64,000 bases of DNA, taken from NCBI RefSeq assembly GCF_902652985.1, contig NC_047028.1, forward strand, positions 9,424,001 to 9,488,000, given 5' to 3'. Every line of letters begins with the position of its first letter. Positions within the stretch are counted from its first letter, which is position 1. The position numbers and the translations under genes were made by a program. Shown here in pieces: positions 13,675 to 28,381 of the stretch. The stretch comes from Pecten maximus (Eukaryota). Under the pieces are notes generated by a model that had not been told where the DNA came from, searched no databases, and saw nothing but the letters and a program-made list of their open reading frames with translations.

Positions 13675-13890
13675 TGGGCCGCAGTGGCCGAGTGGTTAAG
13701 GTGTCCCGACACTTTATCACTAGCCCTCCACCTCTGGGTTGCGAGTTCGAAACCTACGTGAGGCAGTTGCCAGGTACTGACCGTAGGCCGGTTGTTTTTC
13801 TCCGGGTAATCCGGCTTTCCTCCACCTCCAAAACCTGACACGTCCTTAAATGACCCTGGCTGTTGATAGGACAGAATAAACCAAACCAAA
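13675..13890 (+). mobile_element. tRNA-derived SINE, family A, copy 3
   Basis: Same sequence family; perfect 14-bp TSD CTATTCAAAGAGAA at 13661-13674 and 13891-13904. Confidence 0.95.
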
Positions 13891-14165
13891 CTATTCAAAG
13901 AGAAGAGAGAACGCTTTGGAAAATAGAGAAATAATGTAACTCGTGGAACGTTGGGACGACAGGAAAGAAAAGAAGGAATAGAGCGGGACGGAGAGTGGAA
14001 GGATGAGAAAGGAGATGACACCAATTCCCAGCCCCAAGATCTGTACCATATACGGACTATGGGGACTAAATTGATGCCAAGTCCCTATGTGTAAGAGGGC
14101 GGGATTGGACGTGGTCATACAGAGACAAAGGGCCATATCGGTAGCAGAGGGAGTAAAGGACGGGA

Positions 14166-15312
14166 ACCAAATTGTAGTATACAGTCGATATGAATACAAT
14201 TTGGGTGACCGATAAATAGAATGTCTCCTGTTATAATTGTATTCATATCGACTGTATACTACCATTTGGTAACAGTTCAATGCTTATATTTACATTCATA
14301 AAGATTTTGTATTTACTGTAGATTATGACGCGTTTGAATTTGCCGCTTACCCTATCACTGACGTCATCTAGTTCAAATACCGGAACAGCCGAAATGTCCA
14401 GAAGGAATGATATAGTCCCTTGTGTCGTTATCAATAGCAAACACATAGAATGGTTTTGCACAAATTTGACTTTATTTTCTATTTCATATACGTTTCTAGA
14501 TATCGTCAAATTATTCACAATTGCATAATTTCTGATTGATTAAAATCCAAGCCGTTTTTCGGCGCAATGCTATACGGTTAGCATTTAGAAGTGATGCGGT
14601 TTTGAACGTGTATTGCACAGGATAGACTCGATTCCTCGGAAACACCTAAGTTTCTATCGACTGGATCTACGTTATTTTCAGAAGAATATCAGTTCTTGAA
14701 TTTTAAATAAAAGTCGTCTTGACAGTAGGTGAAAACGATTCCAAGGATACATTTGTATTTCGTTCGAAACAGATTCAAGTCTAACCAGTCACATCTTAGC
14801 AGACGATTTTCAACTTCACAGGGGCTCGATTTTGTAAGGTAGGCCTTTGACATCAGTGAATAACCACACAACTAAAATTCAATTTACATACACAACCAGA
14901 CACAACCAGAAACCATGTCGATACTCCCGATTTTTCACAAGTTTTTTTATATAGATACTGGACTTTTAATGTTAATGTTTAATGTCGTGTCTTGCATTTC
15001 TGAAAATTCGGAAACGAGCCCCTGTGAGTGTGACGACATTGACTTGACAATTTGATAATTCCTAGATCAAGAATGGCGCTTATAGTTATTTTGTGTTGAC
15101 TACATTTTGTTTTAATTATAAAATATTACTCTCATAACTTGTGAAGTTGCTTTATTATTTTGTTGTGGATTATAAATGCTAGCATTCAAAAGCTCTCCAC
15201 GCCGAAAGTAACTGGCGGTCATTGTTTTGACCTGCAACACCTGGGGCTGTATTCCTACTCTGACCGAATCACTGTAAATTGTAGTATACAGTCTCATGAA
15301 TACAATTTGGTT
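14166..15312. mobile_element. Inverted-repeat (foldback/MITE-like) element remnant
   Basis: 36-bp arms ACCAAATTGTAGTATACAGTCGATATGAATACAATT at 14166-14201 and its complement at 14235-14270 (1 mismatch); a third, diverged arm at ~15276-15310. Confidence 0.6.
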
Positions 15313-16667
15313 TACTAACGACATATAGGCAAATGCAACACAAAATGTAAACTTTTAAGCAATGAACAGTGGCTTTAATGATGTTAAAGTCGATATGGCG
15401 GCAACATGTGTATGATGGGCGAATACAACATGGGAAACCGTGACTGTTCAATACTTATATTTACATTACCTTACCAATTTGATCAATTTTGAAAACTAAA
15501 CAGAAAAAAAAAATTAGTTTGATAGGCGTACGGTGGCAACTGCCTCTTAGCATTGTGTTAATGTACCGGGTGTATAATGTATATTACATGGCAAAGCCGG
15601 AGAGTTCGTTCTTCATATCTATTGAAGATGTTTAAAATAAAACATTCTGAAACATACAATAAAAGAATAAGCTATAGATCTCTACTCTCACATCACATAC
15701 AAACAACGCACAGTCGTTAGACAAACTACTATCAATACACGCGAGATAATAGTCTCACATTACCTGATACTTATACATAAAGATCGATATTAATCAGAAC
15801 ATCAAATAGGGACATTATATTTCTAGTAAGAATAACAACACACTAACAACACGTATCGTGCATTAACATACAGGTACAAAGGTACACACTCCATGTACGT
15901 CATAGTGACATTGCCTTTTATATGGGCTACAATAAAGACAAAACAGAATGTATAAATTGATTATAAATATATATCACCAAATACCTGACACTTATCTTAA
16001 CGATAAAATTCATATCAGATTTCGAGCAAATATTATGACATAAATGTCACAGCCCATGCAAAACGCGTCAGGATATATTACGCTAACGCAGGATAGCAGG
16101 CCGATTGTGTGATGAATATAAATATGTAAAAGGGAAAGTCAAAGGACTTTGCCAAGGCTAAACATAAAATGACTAGCATGCATATATCTGTTCTCATAAA
16201 TACTGGAGACAAAGGACGACACACTTGGGATACTTTTATACGGAAACTAAGTGTGGCCTTCGACGATTCTAATTTTAATGCCACCCATAAAAGACATTGA
16301 CTACCTTTGTCAGCGTTCATTTTCTGCTTGTGTAGCCGTTTTCTTAAATCAATAGGAGAGAAAACATTTTAGTGACTGTGAAGAAAATAGAACTTACTGT
16401 CTCGATGTTATACTAGTTCTCCGTCACTTACACATTAAATGTCCTTTGGGTAATGCGTCTGTTTAAAACAAGTACACTAAACACCATCTAAAAGTAACAT
16501 TATATTGCCAACATCAAATTCCTACCGTCGAATTGACCTTGTTTATCGACTTCAATGTCATCCGCGAAACAGTGGCAAACACAATCATGAACTGCCAGAA
16601 CATGCTTCAAAATATAAAGAATTTAAACAAGATCTTAATGGTGAATCCTAAGTAGATACGTTGTACA

Positions 16668-16910
16668 TGTGACAGTAAGTTAGCATAAACCTTTAAGTTT
16701 TAACGTCACAGTAAGGTAGCATACATCCTTAAGTCTACATGTCACAGTAAGGTAGGATACATCCCTAAGTCTCCATGCCACTGCAAGGCAGAATCCATCA
16801 TTCAGTCTACATGTCACAGTAAGGTAGCATACATCTTTTAAGTCTGCATGTTACAGCAAGGTAGCATACACCCTTAATAGCAAGTGTCTAAGTCAGAGTA
16901 AGGTAGCCAC
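16668..16910. repeat. Degenerate 36-bp tandem repeat (GTCACAGTAAGGTAGCATACATCCTTAAGTCTACAT), ~6 copies
   Basis: Period of 36 between 16705 and 16741 and onward. Confidence 0.8.
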
Positions 16911-19900
16911 AACTTCCGTATTGTAGGTTCAGACAGTTGCTGACCACTGGTGGCGATGGTTGGCCGGTCATTAGAACGGTTGGTCAGTGACCAAAGTTCT
17001 AACGATCGGTCAGTGGTAAGCTGTACATGTTCTTGGTGTATGTCCAAATCACCTATTAAGATGCAGTCTGATGATACTAAAAACTATTTACTCGTCCATC
17101 ACGGTATAGTAGTAGACCAATGACCTACGGGTTATTTTTTTTTTAATTATCTTGAAATTTAAATGCATTCGATCAAATTCTTTGACGAAGTTTCTGACAG
17201 AGGCTTCCAATGAGTCTGGGTTTTTTTTTAGTTTCGTGATGCAATAGTCTAAATTGCGAGCAGGTAATTAGTTTGCGGTTTCACTCTAAAAACTAACTTT
17301 AATCTTGCTACACAGAAAATGCACACGTAGAAACAGAGAACGTGAATATTCCGAAGACCACAAGGACTAGGGCTATCTACAACGACCAGTCCAATTTGTT
17401 TACGGAAATGCACTATCATTTATCTATTTTATCTATTGCCACTTTGTGTTTTGTACCATATGTAATACTTTTGTAAACACTTAACGGAGGCCACATCACG
17501 GCTCAAACGGTTAACAGGAACTGAGAGACCAGTAATAGATAATACTCGTTGTTAGTCCACTTGAACTGTCAATAGAACGAAATGGACAAAGTATTTAATT
17601 AGAATTATAACGGTTCTCCGTGTATGTGTTAAGTGTACTTTAGTGTCAATAGTTGGCCGCCCTCTGATTTCCCCTACTGGTCACTGAACCCTACACTTGA
17701 CCTGTGTGTTAGACTGACCGAGCCGTTTACAAAACAACATTCAAATCAGAGCAGGACAGTGGATATAATGGCGATCAGAGTGACAGTCCAGGCAGCGCCG
17801 ATAAGCTCCATTGTCGATAATGGTTAGTCCGTGTCTAAGTTACCCACACCTGGACTAGACACGTGCATATATTTACCTGTCAATGTCTGTGGTACCTGCG
17901 GTGAGAGATCACTTTGATTCACCTTAATTTAGTACACATATCTAGGCTAGCTGTCCGGGTGGGGGAAAAGATCACGAATATATGGTGTCGATTTCGGCCG
18001 GCTGACGTTGTGGCATTTGCAGGAGCGCCAGAGCGACAACTCGCCCAATTCCAATTCCAGATAGGTTTCAGGTAGACAGCTAGGAAACCAATCTTTTAAT
18101 AATAAAACGTGAAAAATAAATTTAGGATAAAATATCCAACAAAGTAATTGTCACAGACTTACTAACCAGTAATTTATTCTATTGATTACAATTTAGAAAT
18201 GGCGAACGTATATTCGAATGCAATAAAAAGGGTCGACGCCTGCTATTCAATACTTTTCGAGTCTTTGACCAAATTTCTCGTTTCGGTTATTCTAGTTTAA
18301 ACTTTCCTTCAACTATTTTTTTCTTTTCAGTTTCTGTAATTTTGAATGTATAGGATTGTCGTATCCCAAGTTAAATACTCTGATTCGCTCCTGTGTTGTA
18401 GTATGTACGTATGCTACGTGTGTATATTGTTGAGCCACCGTATCAATCATAACATTTCAAATTATCAGTTTTGTTTAATGTTCAAATTGTCCATTTCACC
18501 CGTGTATTTACTAAAACATGCCAATGAAAATAAATTGATAGGTCAATGTAGACAAAATGTATACCTTGTTGGGAAGCTGGACGAACGCTTTAAAAATAGT
18601 ATCTAAAAACTATCACATTGGTGTTGGTTTTACGATGATTAATTTCCTTGTTATAATTTAGATTTATCCTTTGTGAAATGTCAAACAATACCGAACACAG
18701 AGCCGACAACATCAGGATAAACGTCACACTCCATTACATTCCAATAATAACGCGATTTCTCTTTGCCCTCGAACCTCGTGTAGTCCTAATGGGAAAAAAA
18801 GGACGAAACAGGGAAGATTTGAAATATACATTTGATTTTAATTTGATTAAAATATGCCTGTGAAATCAAACAACAGCGAAGCGATGATGCTGGGAATATT
18901 TCAGTTGTAACAGGGTTACATGGCTATCGTGTCAGTGGAGAAGTCTTATCGGAATTTTATTTGAACATAAAAATGATTCCCGAATGTGGGTCATCGATCT
19001 AGTGTCCTCCTCGCCGGGGAGTCAGATGGAACATCAGAAATAGATTTCATATCGGCAAATTTATGAGATACAATATCATACAACACATAAATCAACTGTT
19101 AGTAGTTACGTCACGGCCAAATATGTTCCATGTTTCAGGATTTGAAGCGGTCATGACTATACTGCACGACCTATAGCTGTTTGTGGTCCTAAAGTACTAT
19201 ACTTTACAACGTCATCAAAATGGTATGCGAGTCAGGAGACATATCATAACACAGAACCGTTTGCGTTTCAAAGCGGCATGAATGCAACTTCTTCGTGTAT
19301 ATCAGAATGTATGAAAATAGATGATCACGGGCTTTCTTGAGAAACAATAAATAAATAAAACGAGTTGGTACACGAATCTCCATATACATGTATGGATGTA
19401 TGTATATGTTCGGTAGGCGATTTGGTACCGTTGATCATGATTTTCAGACACAGACATTCCTTCCATGCTTCTATCACTATGTTGTTTATATGTTTATAAA
19501 GGTGCTGCAATATCGTTATTTCCCTTTTAATTAGTATCTTAACTTAAATCCAGGTGTTACTTAACTCTATTCAATTTTAAGAAATTCATCTTTGGTTATA
19601 TATAAACTGAACTGAGTAGAAATATGAACCCGAAATTTTAAAAAATGTTAAAAGAACATCCGATTCCAGTTTATTCCTTTGGTATCCCTTTGGTGCGGCT
19701 GATGGATGCGCGATCGACAAATAGTCCCCAAGTCGTGTCAATATGGTGTCGTTGTCGGCGTTATTTCAAGCCATCAGAGTCAAACTCGGTGTTACTTGAC
19801 ATACGTTCTGACATTACTTAGTAAAGATAACTAATTTCCACCCAAAGTCATATACGTCACTGAAATTCTAATATAATAAGTAAAGCGACTTTTAAATGTT

Positions 19901-20134
19901 ATTTTCACAAACGCCAATTTGTTCGTCCTACCCATTCATTGTTTACATGATTCAACATTCTAACTATTATAAGTACGCTTGAAATTTAATTTGAAGGAGT
20001 TTTAAGAGGAAAATAACCTTTCAGTTTTTACTGGCTGTGTGTGGTTTATTATTAGCTGTCAAACTGTTTACTAAAATCATATGTTATCTTAGAAACATGT
20101 CAATTTTTTTAAACTTTGATCTAGCTTAGGCCGA

Positions 20135-20762
20135 ATATATACATGGGTATTCTTTATCAGGTGTCTTACACCGATATATACATGGGTATTCTTTATCAGG
20201 TGTCTTACACCGATATATACATGGGTATTCTTTATCAGGTGTCTTACACCGATATATACATGGGTATTCTTTATCACGTGTCTTACATCAATATATACAT
20301 GGGTATTCTTTATCACGTGTCTTACACCGATATATACATGGGTATTCTTTATCACGTGTCTTACATCAATATATACATGGGTATTCTTTATCAGGTGTCT
20401 TACACCGATATATACATGGGTATTCTTTATCACTTGTCTTACACCGATATATACATGGGTATTCTTTATCATGTGTCTTACACAGATATATACACGGGTA
20501 TTCTTTATCAGGTGTCTTACACCGATATATACATGGGTATTCTTTATCAGGTGTCTTACATCAATATATACATGGGTATTCTTTATCAAGTGTCTTACAC
20601 CGATATATACATGGGTATTCTTTATCAGGTGTCTTACATCAATATATACATGGGTATTCTTTATCAGGTGTCTTACACCGATATATACATGGGTATTCTT
20701 TATCAGGTGTCTTACACCGATATATACATGGGTATTCTTTATCAGGTGTCTTACAACGATGT
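20135..20762. repeat. 39-bp minisatellite (ATATATACATGGGTATTCTTTATCAGGTGTCTTACACCG), ~16 copies
   Basis: Direct; the unit length is a multiple of 3, which explains the spurious 13-aa-repeat ORFs. Confidence 0.97.
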
Positions 20763-23279
20763 ATAGTGTTATTCTTAATCAGGTGTGTGAAATTAAGCTG
20801 CATCTTTCGAAATGGTACCTATTTTGTACTTCATGCAACCCACGAAATGGTAAAAGTGGTATATTGAAACTTGCTATAAATTATTAATGAATTGACAGAC
20901 GCTTGTCTTTAAAATTAACAAACGCTTGTCTATAAAATTTTCAGGCGCGGGTCTATAAAATTGATGATAAAAAACGGATATGTCCGTGTCAGGTGTAGTT
21001 CCGGAACATTACGGACAACTTATCACACGTCACTTGTATACGGGAAACAATAACTTGTTAACTACATAAAACTCCTTCCATCAAAGAAAACGTTAAATAA
21101 AAACACTGCTGATGCAGAAAACCTCACCCTGGTCTTACTTCCGGTGTAATTAGTTCAATAACTTCCGGTTCCGCTTAAAATATTGGTCACCGAAAATTCA
21201 TAATCGGTCAACCCTAAAAAGAAATCGGAAACAAAGTCCCGTCCTTTAAAGACACAACTGCGATACACTAAACCCAATTATCAGCACATATGGTACTATT
21301 TGTATAAATATTTATTTTCAGAAAAGATCTTGATCGATTAATATCTTTGGTAATAATTCCCATCGATTTGTATAAACACATTGGCGCTGTGATTGAGTGC
21401 TGTGTATGTGGCTAATACGGAGACGTAGAAAATGCTGCCTAATTTGATAAACATCTTGTTTATGATAGAATTCGACGGAACTCGATCAATACAAAGACTG
21501 AAACATCTGCTCCGAATTAAATAAATTAACATTCTCCGTCTCCTTTAAACCATAACTGTTTCAAAACTTCTGTTAGATTTTCATCCAGTCGAAAAAAATA
21601 GTGTGTTAAACTTTAATTAGATAATAAGATATTATTTTCGTTTAGTTTAATTCAAATCAGACATTTATTTGGTGATTCTGGCTCCAAAATAATGTAACAG
21701 AGATTGTCTAAATTCAATATTGACTTCCATGCTAATTAACCCGTTCGTGGGTGATTAACAAGTCAATACATGTGTTATCTACGAAGGCTTCCGAACTGAA
21801 ATATCAATGTAATAGCGAAAACTATTTTGATCATTACAGCCACTCATAAATACACAGTTTGTACTATCAGAACTGTTTTTAATCATTCATTAGTCAGAAT
21901 TTGACATGCTTTCATATCAGTCTAATTAAACACGGAAATGGCGCCTGGGTTATACATTATTTACTCTCCAGAAGTAAACAAGATAGCGTGTTACGGAATC
22001 GTTGTTTAATTTACATTTGGAATTTGTTTCAAATTACGGGAAGTCATTTGCAGGCCACCTTACTGACTCCCCGAGCCTTTTGGTGGTCTGACACCTCGGC
22101 GGCAATGCTGACATCTGGCGGAAGGCGCCGATACGAGTCAGTACAATATACAGATTTAGGCGGCATGCACTAAAAAACAACATCTTGTGTTGTACTTCAT
22201 GACGTATTGTTGTATCATACCCTATGGCGGGAATTTGCTTTATTTATTTTGACAGTAATGAGCTATTTGTGAATAGCTTGTTATTCGATACTTTATATGA
22301 AGTGATGTATTACATGATATACTACATGTACTAGTATATAAAAACTATGTACATGTATATCTTTATAGTTTTTCCCATATTCTTACATAAAAAGAGCAAC
22401 TGATTTTGTCTTCATTCCGCTCTCAAGACTTTGACAGACAAGTCCCACTCTGTAATTAAGTTGTTAGGTATTAGTATTAGTATTATAAAACATTTTTTGC
22501 AGACTTAATAAAGTAGCAACGTCCACGGTTCATCCTTAAAGAGTACCTATATCCGTTGTCATGTATAAGAATGGCGTATACAAGGGAAGAGGAGATGTTA
22601 CTTTATTAACCATCCGGAAATAATCACCTCTACCACAAAAGGTGGGTGTTACTCAACGTCCAAGGCATGAGATACATTACAACTGATGAATAATAAAATC
22701 TAAATGTGCTTTGATTGGTTGGCACGATGACCTTTGACCGGGACTATTTTTAAATCACGTGGTTCAATGCGTTTTGATTGGATAACACTTGAAGGCCGCT
22801 TCACATAGTCCCAGAAGTGATAACTCGCCAGAAGAAGTTCGAAGTTGCATTTGTCATATTAAAAAACAAAATTCATAGATCTTTGTTTCCAATTTTTCCT
22901 TTGAAAAGAATAAACTTGCCTATTATTTGTTATGATTTGTAATAAATTGTAATATATCTATATATTTTCGAAATTATTAGTTTGGCCTATTCATTCCTTT
23001 CAGGTCATATCCTTACACCCAATTTGATATTGTAAAAAGAACTTTTCTATTGTGCTAGAAACACAAAAGCGCTCGCTAAAACTTTCGAAAAATTACTAAC
23101 TCGAGTGGAAGAAATACCATATACAACTTTAGCATACAGCTTACTTGTTAGATGTCTATAGCTGCATGTTGTAAGTAAAGATCGAGGTAAGCGGCTGCTG
23201 TTCAGACATATTATCACTCAGACACACTATATTGTGTGTAACAAGAGGTCAACATAAGGTTCAATAATACAATGATTTG

Positions 23280-23450
23280 TGATTTGTCTTTTGTCTTTAT
23301 TGTCCCGTGAACAGCTATGGTCCTTTTGAGACGGGGTCTCCTTGTAGTAGTTGGTAGCTACCTCCCTGAACAACATATGGGAGGAATATCGCATGCCATC
23401 GAGAGGTAAAGTTTCTTTCCCCTGGATACAACCAAGACAGCACAGACCGG
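23280..23450 (-). mobile_element. SINE family B (CORE/V-like), copy 1, running into a minisatellite
   Basis: CCCGTGAACAGC..GAGACGGGGTCTCCTTGTAGTAGTTGGT..CTACCTC..GGTAAAGT is shared with 55953-56140 and 31935-32137. The AAGTGTCTTGNCCAAGGNCACAAC-type motif in the sister copies resembles the reverse CORE domain. Confidence 0.7.
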
Positions 23451-25200
23451 CCCGTGACAGCACAGACCGGCCCAAGACAGCACAGACCGGTCCACGACAG
23501 CACATACCGGCCCACGACAGCACAGACCGGCCGACGACACCACAGACCGGTCCAAGACACCACAGACCGGTCCACGACAGCACAGACCGGCCCACGAAAC
23601 CACAGACCGGCCCACGACACCACAGACCTGCCCCGAAAGAACAGACCGGCCACCAACAGCACAGACCGGCCCACGACAGCACAGACCGGTCCACGAGCAC
23701 ATACCGGCCCACGACAGCACAGACCGGCCCACGACAGCACAGACCGGCCCACGACAGCACATACCGGCCCACGACAGCACAGACCGACCCACGACAGCAC
23801 AGACCTGCCCACGAGCACATACCGGCCCACGACAGCACAGACCGGCCCACGACAGAACAGACCGGCCCACGGCAGAACAGACCGGCCCACGACAGCACAG
23901 ACCGGCCCACGACAGAACATACCGGCCCACGACAGCACAGACCGACCCACGACAGCACAGACCTGCCCACGACACCACAGACCGGCCCACGACACCACAG
24001 ACCGGCCCACGACACCACAGACCGTTACACGACAGCACAGACCGGCCAACGACAGCACAGACCGGTCCACGACTGCACAGACCGGCCCACGACAGCAAAC
24101 ACCTGCCCACGACACCACAGACCGGCCCACGACACCACAGACCGGCCCACGACACCACAGACCGGCCCACGACACCACAGACCGGCCCACGACACCACAT
24201 ACCGGCCCACGACAGCACAGACCGGCCCACGACACCACAGACCGGTCCATGACAGCACAGGCCGGCCCACGAGACCACAGAACGGTCAACGACAACACAG
24301 ACCGGCCCACGACAGCACAGACCGGTCCACGACAGCACAGACCGGCCCACGACACCACAGACCGGCCCACGACACCACAGACCGGCCCACGACACCACAG
24401 ACCGGTCCACGACAGCACAGACCGGCCCACGACAGCACAGACCGGCCCACGACAGCACATACCGGCCCACGACACCACAGACCGGCCCACGACAGCACAG
24501 ACCGGCCCACGACAGCACAGACCGGCCCACGACACCACAGACCGGCCCAGACACCACAGACCGGCCCACGACAGCACAGACCGGCCCACGACACCACAGA
24601 CCGGCCCACGACACCACAGACCGGCCCACGACAGCACAGACCGGCCACGACAGCACAGACCGGCCCACGACACCACAGACCGGCCCACGACAGAACAGAC
24701 CGGCCCACGGCAGACGACGCCCACACACACAGACCGGCCCACGACAGCACACACCGGCCCACGACAGCACAGACCGGTCCACGACAGCACAGACCGGCCC
24801 ACGACACCACAGACCGGTCCACGAAACCAAAGACCGGCCCACGACACCACAGACCGCCCCACGACACCACAGACCGGCCCACGACAGCACAGACCGGCCC
24901 ACGACAGCACAGACCGGCCCACGACAGCACAGACCGGCCCACGACACCACAGACCGGCCCACGAAACCAAAGACCGGCCCACGACACCACAGACCGCCCC
25001 ACGACACCACAGACCGCCCCACGACACCACAGACCGCCCCACGACACCACAGACCGCCCCACGACACCACAGACCGCCCAACGACACCACAGACCGCCCC
25101 TCGGCACCACAGACCGGCCCACGACACCACAGACCGCCCCACGACACCACAGACCGCCCCACGACACCACAGACCGCCCCACGACACCACAGACCGGCCC
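23432..25200. repeat. 20-bp GC-rich minisatellite (CACGACAGCACAGACCGGCC), ~88 copies
   Basis: Direct; the stop-free unit explains the ~600-aa ORFs on both strands. Confidence 0.98.
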
Positions 25201-25208
25201 GTTCCTCA

Positions 25209-25541
25209 GATAAACTCAACATTACACTGCTCATACAATGATAAATACAACATTACACTTTTCATACAAGATAAACTCAACATTACACTGTGTATACAAT
25301 GATAAACTCAACATTACACTGTTCATACAATGATATAACAACATTACACTGTTCATACAATCATAAACTCAACATTACAATGTTCATACAATGATAATAC
25401 AACATTACACTGCTCATACAATGATCAACTCAACATTACACTGTTCATACAATGATAAATACAACATTACACTGCTCATACAATGATATAACAACATTAC
25501 ACTGTTCATACAATGATAAATACAACATTACACTGTTCATA
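25209..25541. repeat. 31-bp minisatellite (GATAAACTCAACATTACACTGTTCATACAAT), ~11 copies
   Basis: Direct; abuts the 20-bp array. Confidence 0.93.
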
Positions 25542-25659
25542 CGTACTATCACACCTTGTTATAACAACTTACATAACGTAATGTCCATATAATAACACTC
25601 ATCCTTCAGTGGTAAACAGTATTACAATGGTATTAAAAACACAGCATCACATTCACACA

Positions 25660-25925
25660 TATACTATTACACATGTATTACAGGTCATAACATGATACTA
25701 TTACACATTTATTACACGTCCTACAATGGTATTATTTCATTATTACACATATATTACTCGTCCTAACATTATATTATTACAGTATTACACATATATTACA
25801 CGTCCTACAATGATATTATTACTGTATTACACATATATTACACGTCCTACAATGGTATTATTTCATTATTACACATATACTACTCGTCCTAACATGATAT
25901 TGTTACAGTATAACACTCGTCCTAC
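25660..25925. repeat. Degenerate 42-bp tandem repeat (TATTACACATATATTACACGTCCTACAATG...)
   Basis: Direct; 14-aa periodicity in ORF 25726-25947. Confidence 0.8.
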
Positions 25926-26998
25926 GAGACGTGTGTATTATATATAGATACATTTGTAGTACACCACATCATACAATTTTAAGAGTCTGTAGTGTTATTG
26001 ATAACATGTAATTTTCTTTCTTTTTTTTTAATATCTAATAACTACACATTTTCGATATACCTAATGTTGAAAGTTTTCCTGTCATGATAAGCTCTGTATT
26101 CTACCATGTAACGCCAGTTTTGATTGGTTTAAAACCATGTATTATTTTCCAATAATACATGCTCGTGTCAATAATACACGCTCGCGAGTCATGGCTGTTA
26201 CAATGTTATGTATCTAATAGTCAGCCATTAATTCGTCCTGTAGCCTTCGTTATTAATTTAATTCTAAAATATCCTCGTCCTCGTTGTATATCCTGCAACA
26301 ATACACGAATCATCGTTAATTATTTCTTAAATATAATCAGCTTGGTATGAAAACAAATCCAAGTCGCACAATTGAGTGGTACAATGTGTTCCTAGTGGCA
26401 TACCAAAGGTCCATTAGAAGAATTGATCACCAAACTCAATAAAGATGTTGTCGATCAGAAATTCATTAATTCTCATGATTTCATCGGTGTATTGTCAATG
26501 GCCCTAGTCGTGTAAGTGCTGTAGCGTATAACGTAGTTCGGTAACCTTGGAAAAGAAAGCTCTCGTCGCATGAGAACGATGGCTTCCTTGGGTTTGGTAT
26601 CGGGAATATAATTGTGAAGAGTCTAGAAATAAAACGTTTTGCTAAAAGAGATATTTCGTGTTTTGTTTTTGTTTTTGTTTTTGTTTTGTCTTTTCTACAG
26701 ATCCATCAATTTCATCATTAAACGGTATCCTAACAGGACTGTAGCCCTGCCTTTCGTAGTAAAAGTCTAGATAAAGGTTTAGATGAACAATAAATCGAAC
26801 CAGCAATAAAACGTTGATGAAGTTTAAGAATCCAATATAAACGATGAAGGTCCACATCCTTTTCGCTATCATGTATTTTGAAATATTGCTACACTGAAGG
26901 ATAACTGGTCAGTATTTCGTCTCTAGACAAACTGGACAATGTGTAGGTATGGGTACCCTTGTTATCAATATGATTGCTGTAAATGTGCATGCTATGAG

Positions 26999-27029
26999 TT
27001 CTTCTTCTTCTTCTTCTTCTTCTTCTTCT
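26999..27029. repeat. (TTC)n microsatellite
   Basis: ~10 perfect TTC units. Confidence 0.95.
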
Positions 27030-28381
27030 CCTCAAAGTTTATTTACACGATTTGTACTTTGTACTATTCGACAATTGAAACAAAACACGAGGAAACATAT
27101 TTTTTATCAAACAAAAATATCCAAAATAAAATCCGTTTAAAAATGATGAAAATAAATTGCGTTGGCGACTCAGCTCATCCGCATTCTTTGACAAGTAAGC
27201 AGACAAACAGAAACACTTTGATCTAGATAAGTTGAAATAATACCCGTAGACTTAACAGAAAATACACCAAGATCGTTGGGGTGTGGTGAAAGTGACCACA
27301 CAAGTATCTGTCCGTCAAGTTCTGTTTGAAGCCAACTTGGGTAACAAGTTCTACAACTCTATGTTACCCACACCAAGCGGAGATACCTGTCACCAGATGT
27401 ATCGTTTACCTACATCACGTGACTGTTTTAAATGAGGTAAGATTACAGGTAGAGGTTCGTTTCGTATTTGTGTATGAGAGTTAGAAAATAAAGTATACAA
27501 TGAGAGCTAGAAAATAAAATATACATCTTCAATGAATAAGATGACACAATCTGTTGTAGTTTCAGAAAGAACACACTATTTTAATCAAACAAGATGAAAT
27601 CAATGTATATTTATGGGAGAGAGGAATTAATATAAGCTTTCAGCTTGTTTTACTATCCCTAACATACCTTGTTTAATGGAGCAACTGTTGTAAAATTTTC
27701 TGGAAATAAAAGACTGTCTGTGCTTCCGAGTGCATATCTGGTAGATAGATACTGAGAGTTTGAAAAATTCAACTTATATACCAACTTATATACCAACTTA
27801 TATACTACCATATAACAATTTATATTGTACAAGTACTAGCCTGAGTTTTAATATGCCGCTATAGCCTACTTCATTCGCAACATTTATCATTATTCAATGT
27901 ACTTGAACGGCAGAAACATCTCTTACCGTATGTTTGACATTGTGTAGAAAAAATGCATTTTGCCCCAATTTATTTGTTTATCTTTCTTTTTACAGATATA
28001 TATGTAAATAACATATATCAGATATCTTCTCGTCGCATCCTGTTCAGTGGTAGTACCTGGTACCCCTTGGCCCCTCCCCCGGGTTTCGTCATAGTGACAG
28101 TTTCGGTTCCCGGGGCCGTAATGCGATCCCGGTCCGTAAACCTAGATGTTGTGTCCGTACCGTACCACCGTAAGGCGAGAGGAAGTACCGCCATACCACC
28201 TACCTCGAGGTGACAATGGAGAGACCCGACTAGGTGGATCACTTCCCTTTTACTGTCCATCCAGCCGTTTGACGTAACAAGTGCACGTACTTCAGTCCCT
28301 CAATGGAAATCAACTGATCTAGGTCAAATGTACTTTTCTTTTTTACTCTGAATAAAATGTTAAAGGATTTATATTAGCAAC

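Noticed and set aside
19589-19640. miR-9-like TCTTTGGTTAT (and miR-184-like ACGGAGAACT near 16420)
   Set aside because: Only partial matches to the mature sequences and no adequate precursor hairpin.
23227-25241. ~600-aa ORFs on both strands
   Set aside because: Translations of a stop-free 20-bp minisatellite that is open in several frames at once; no domain.
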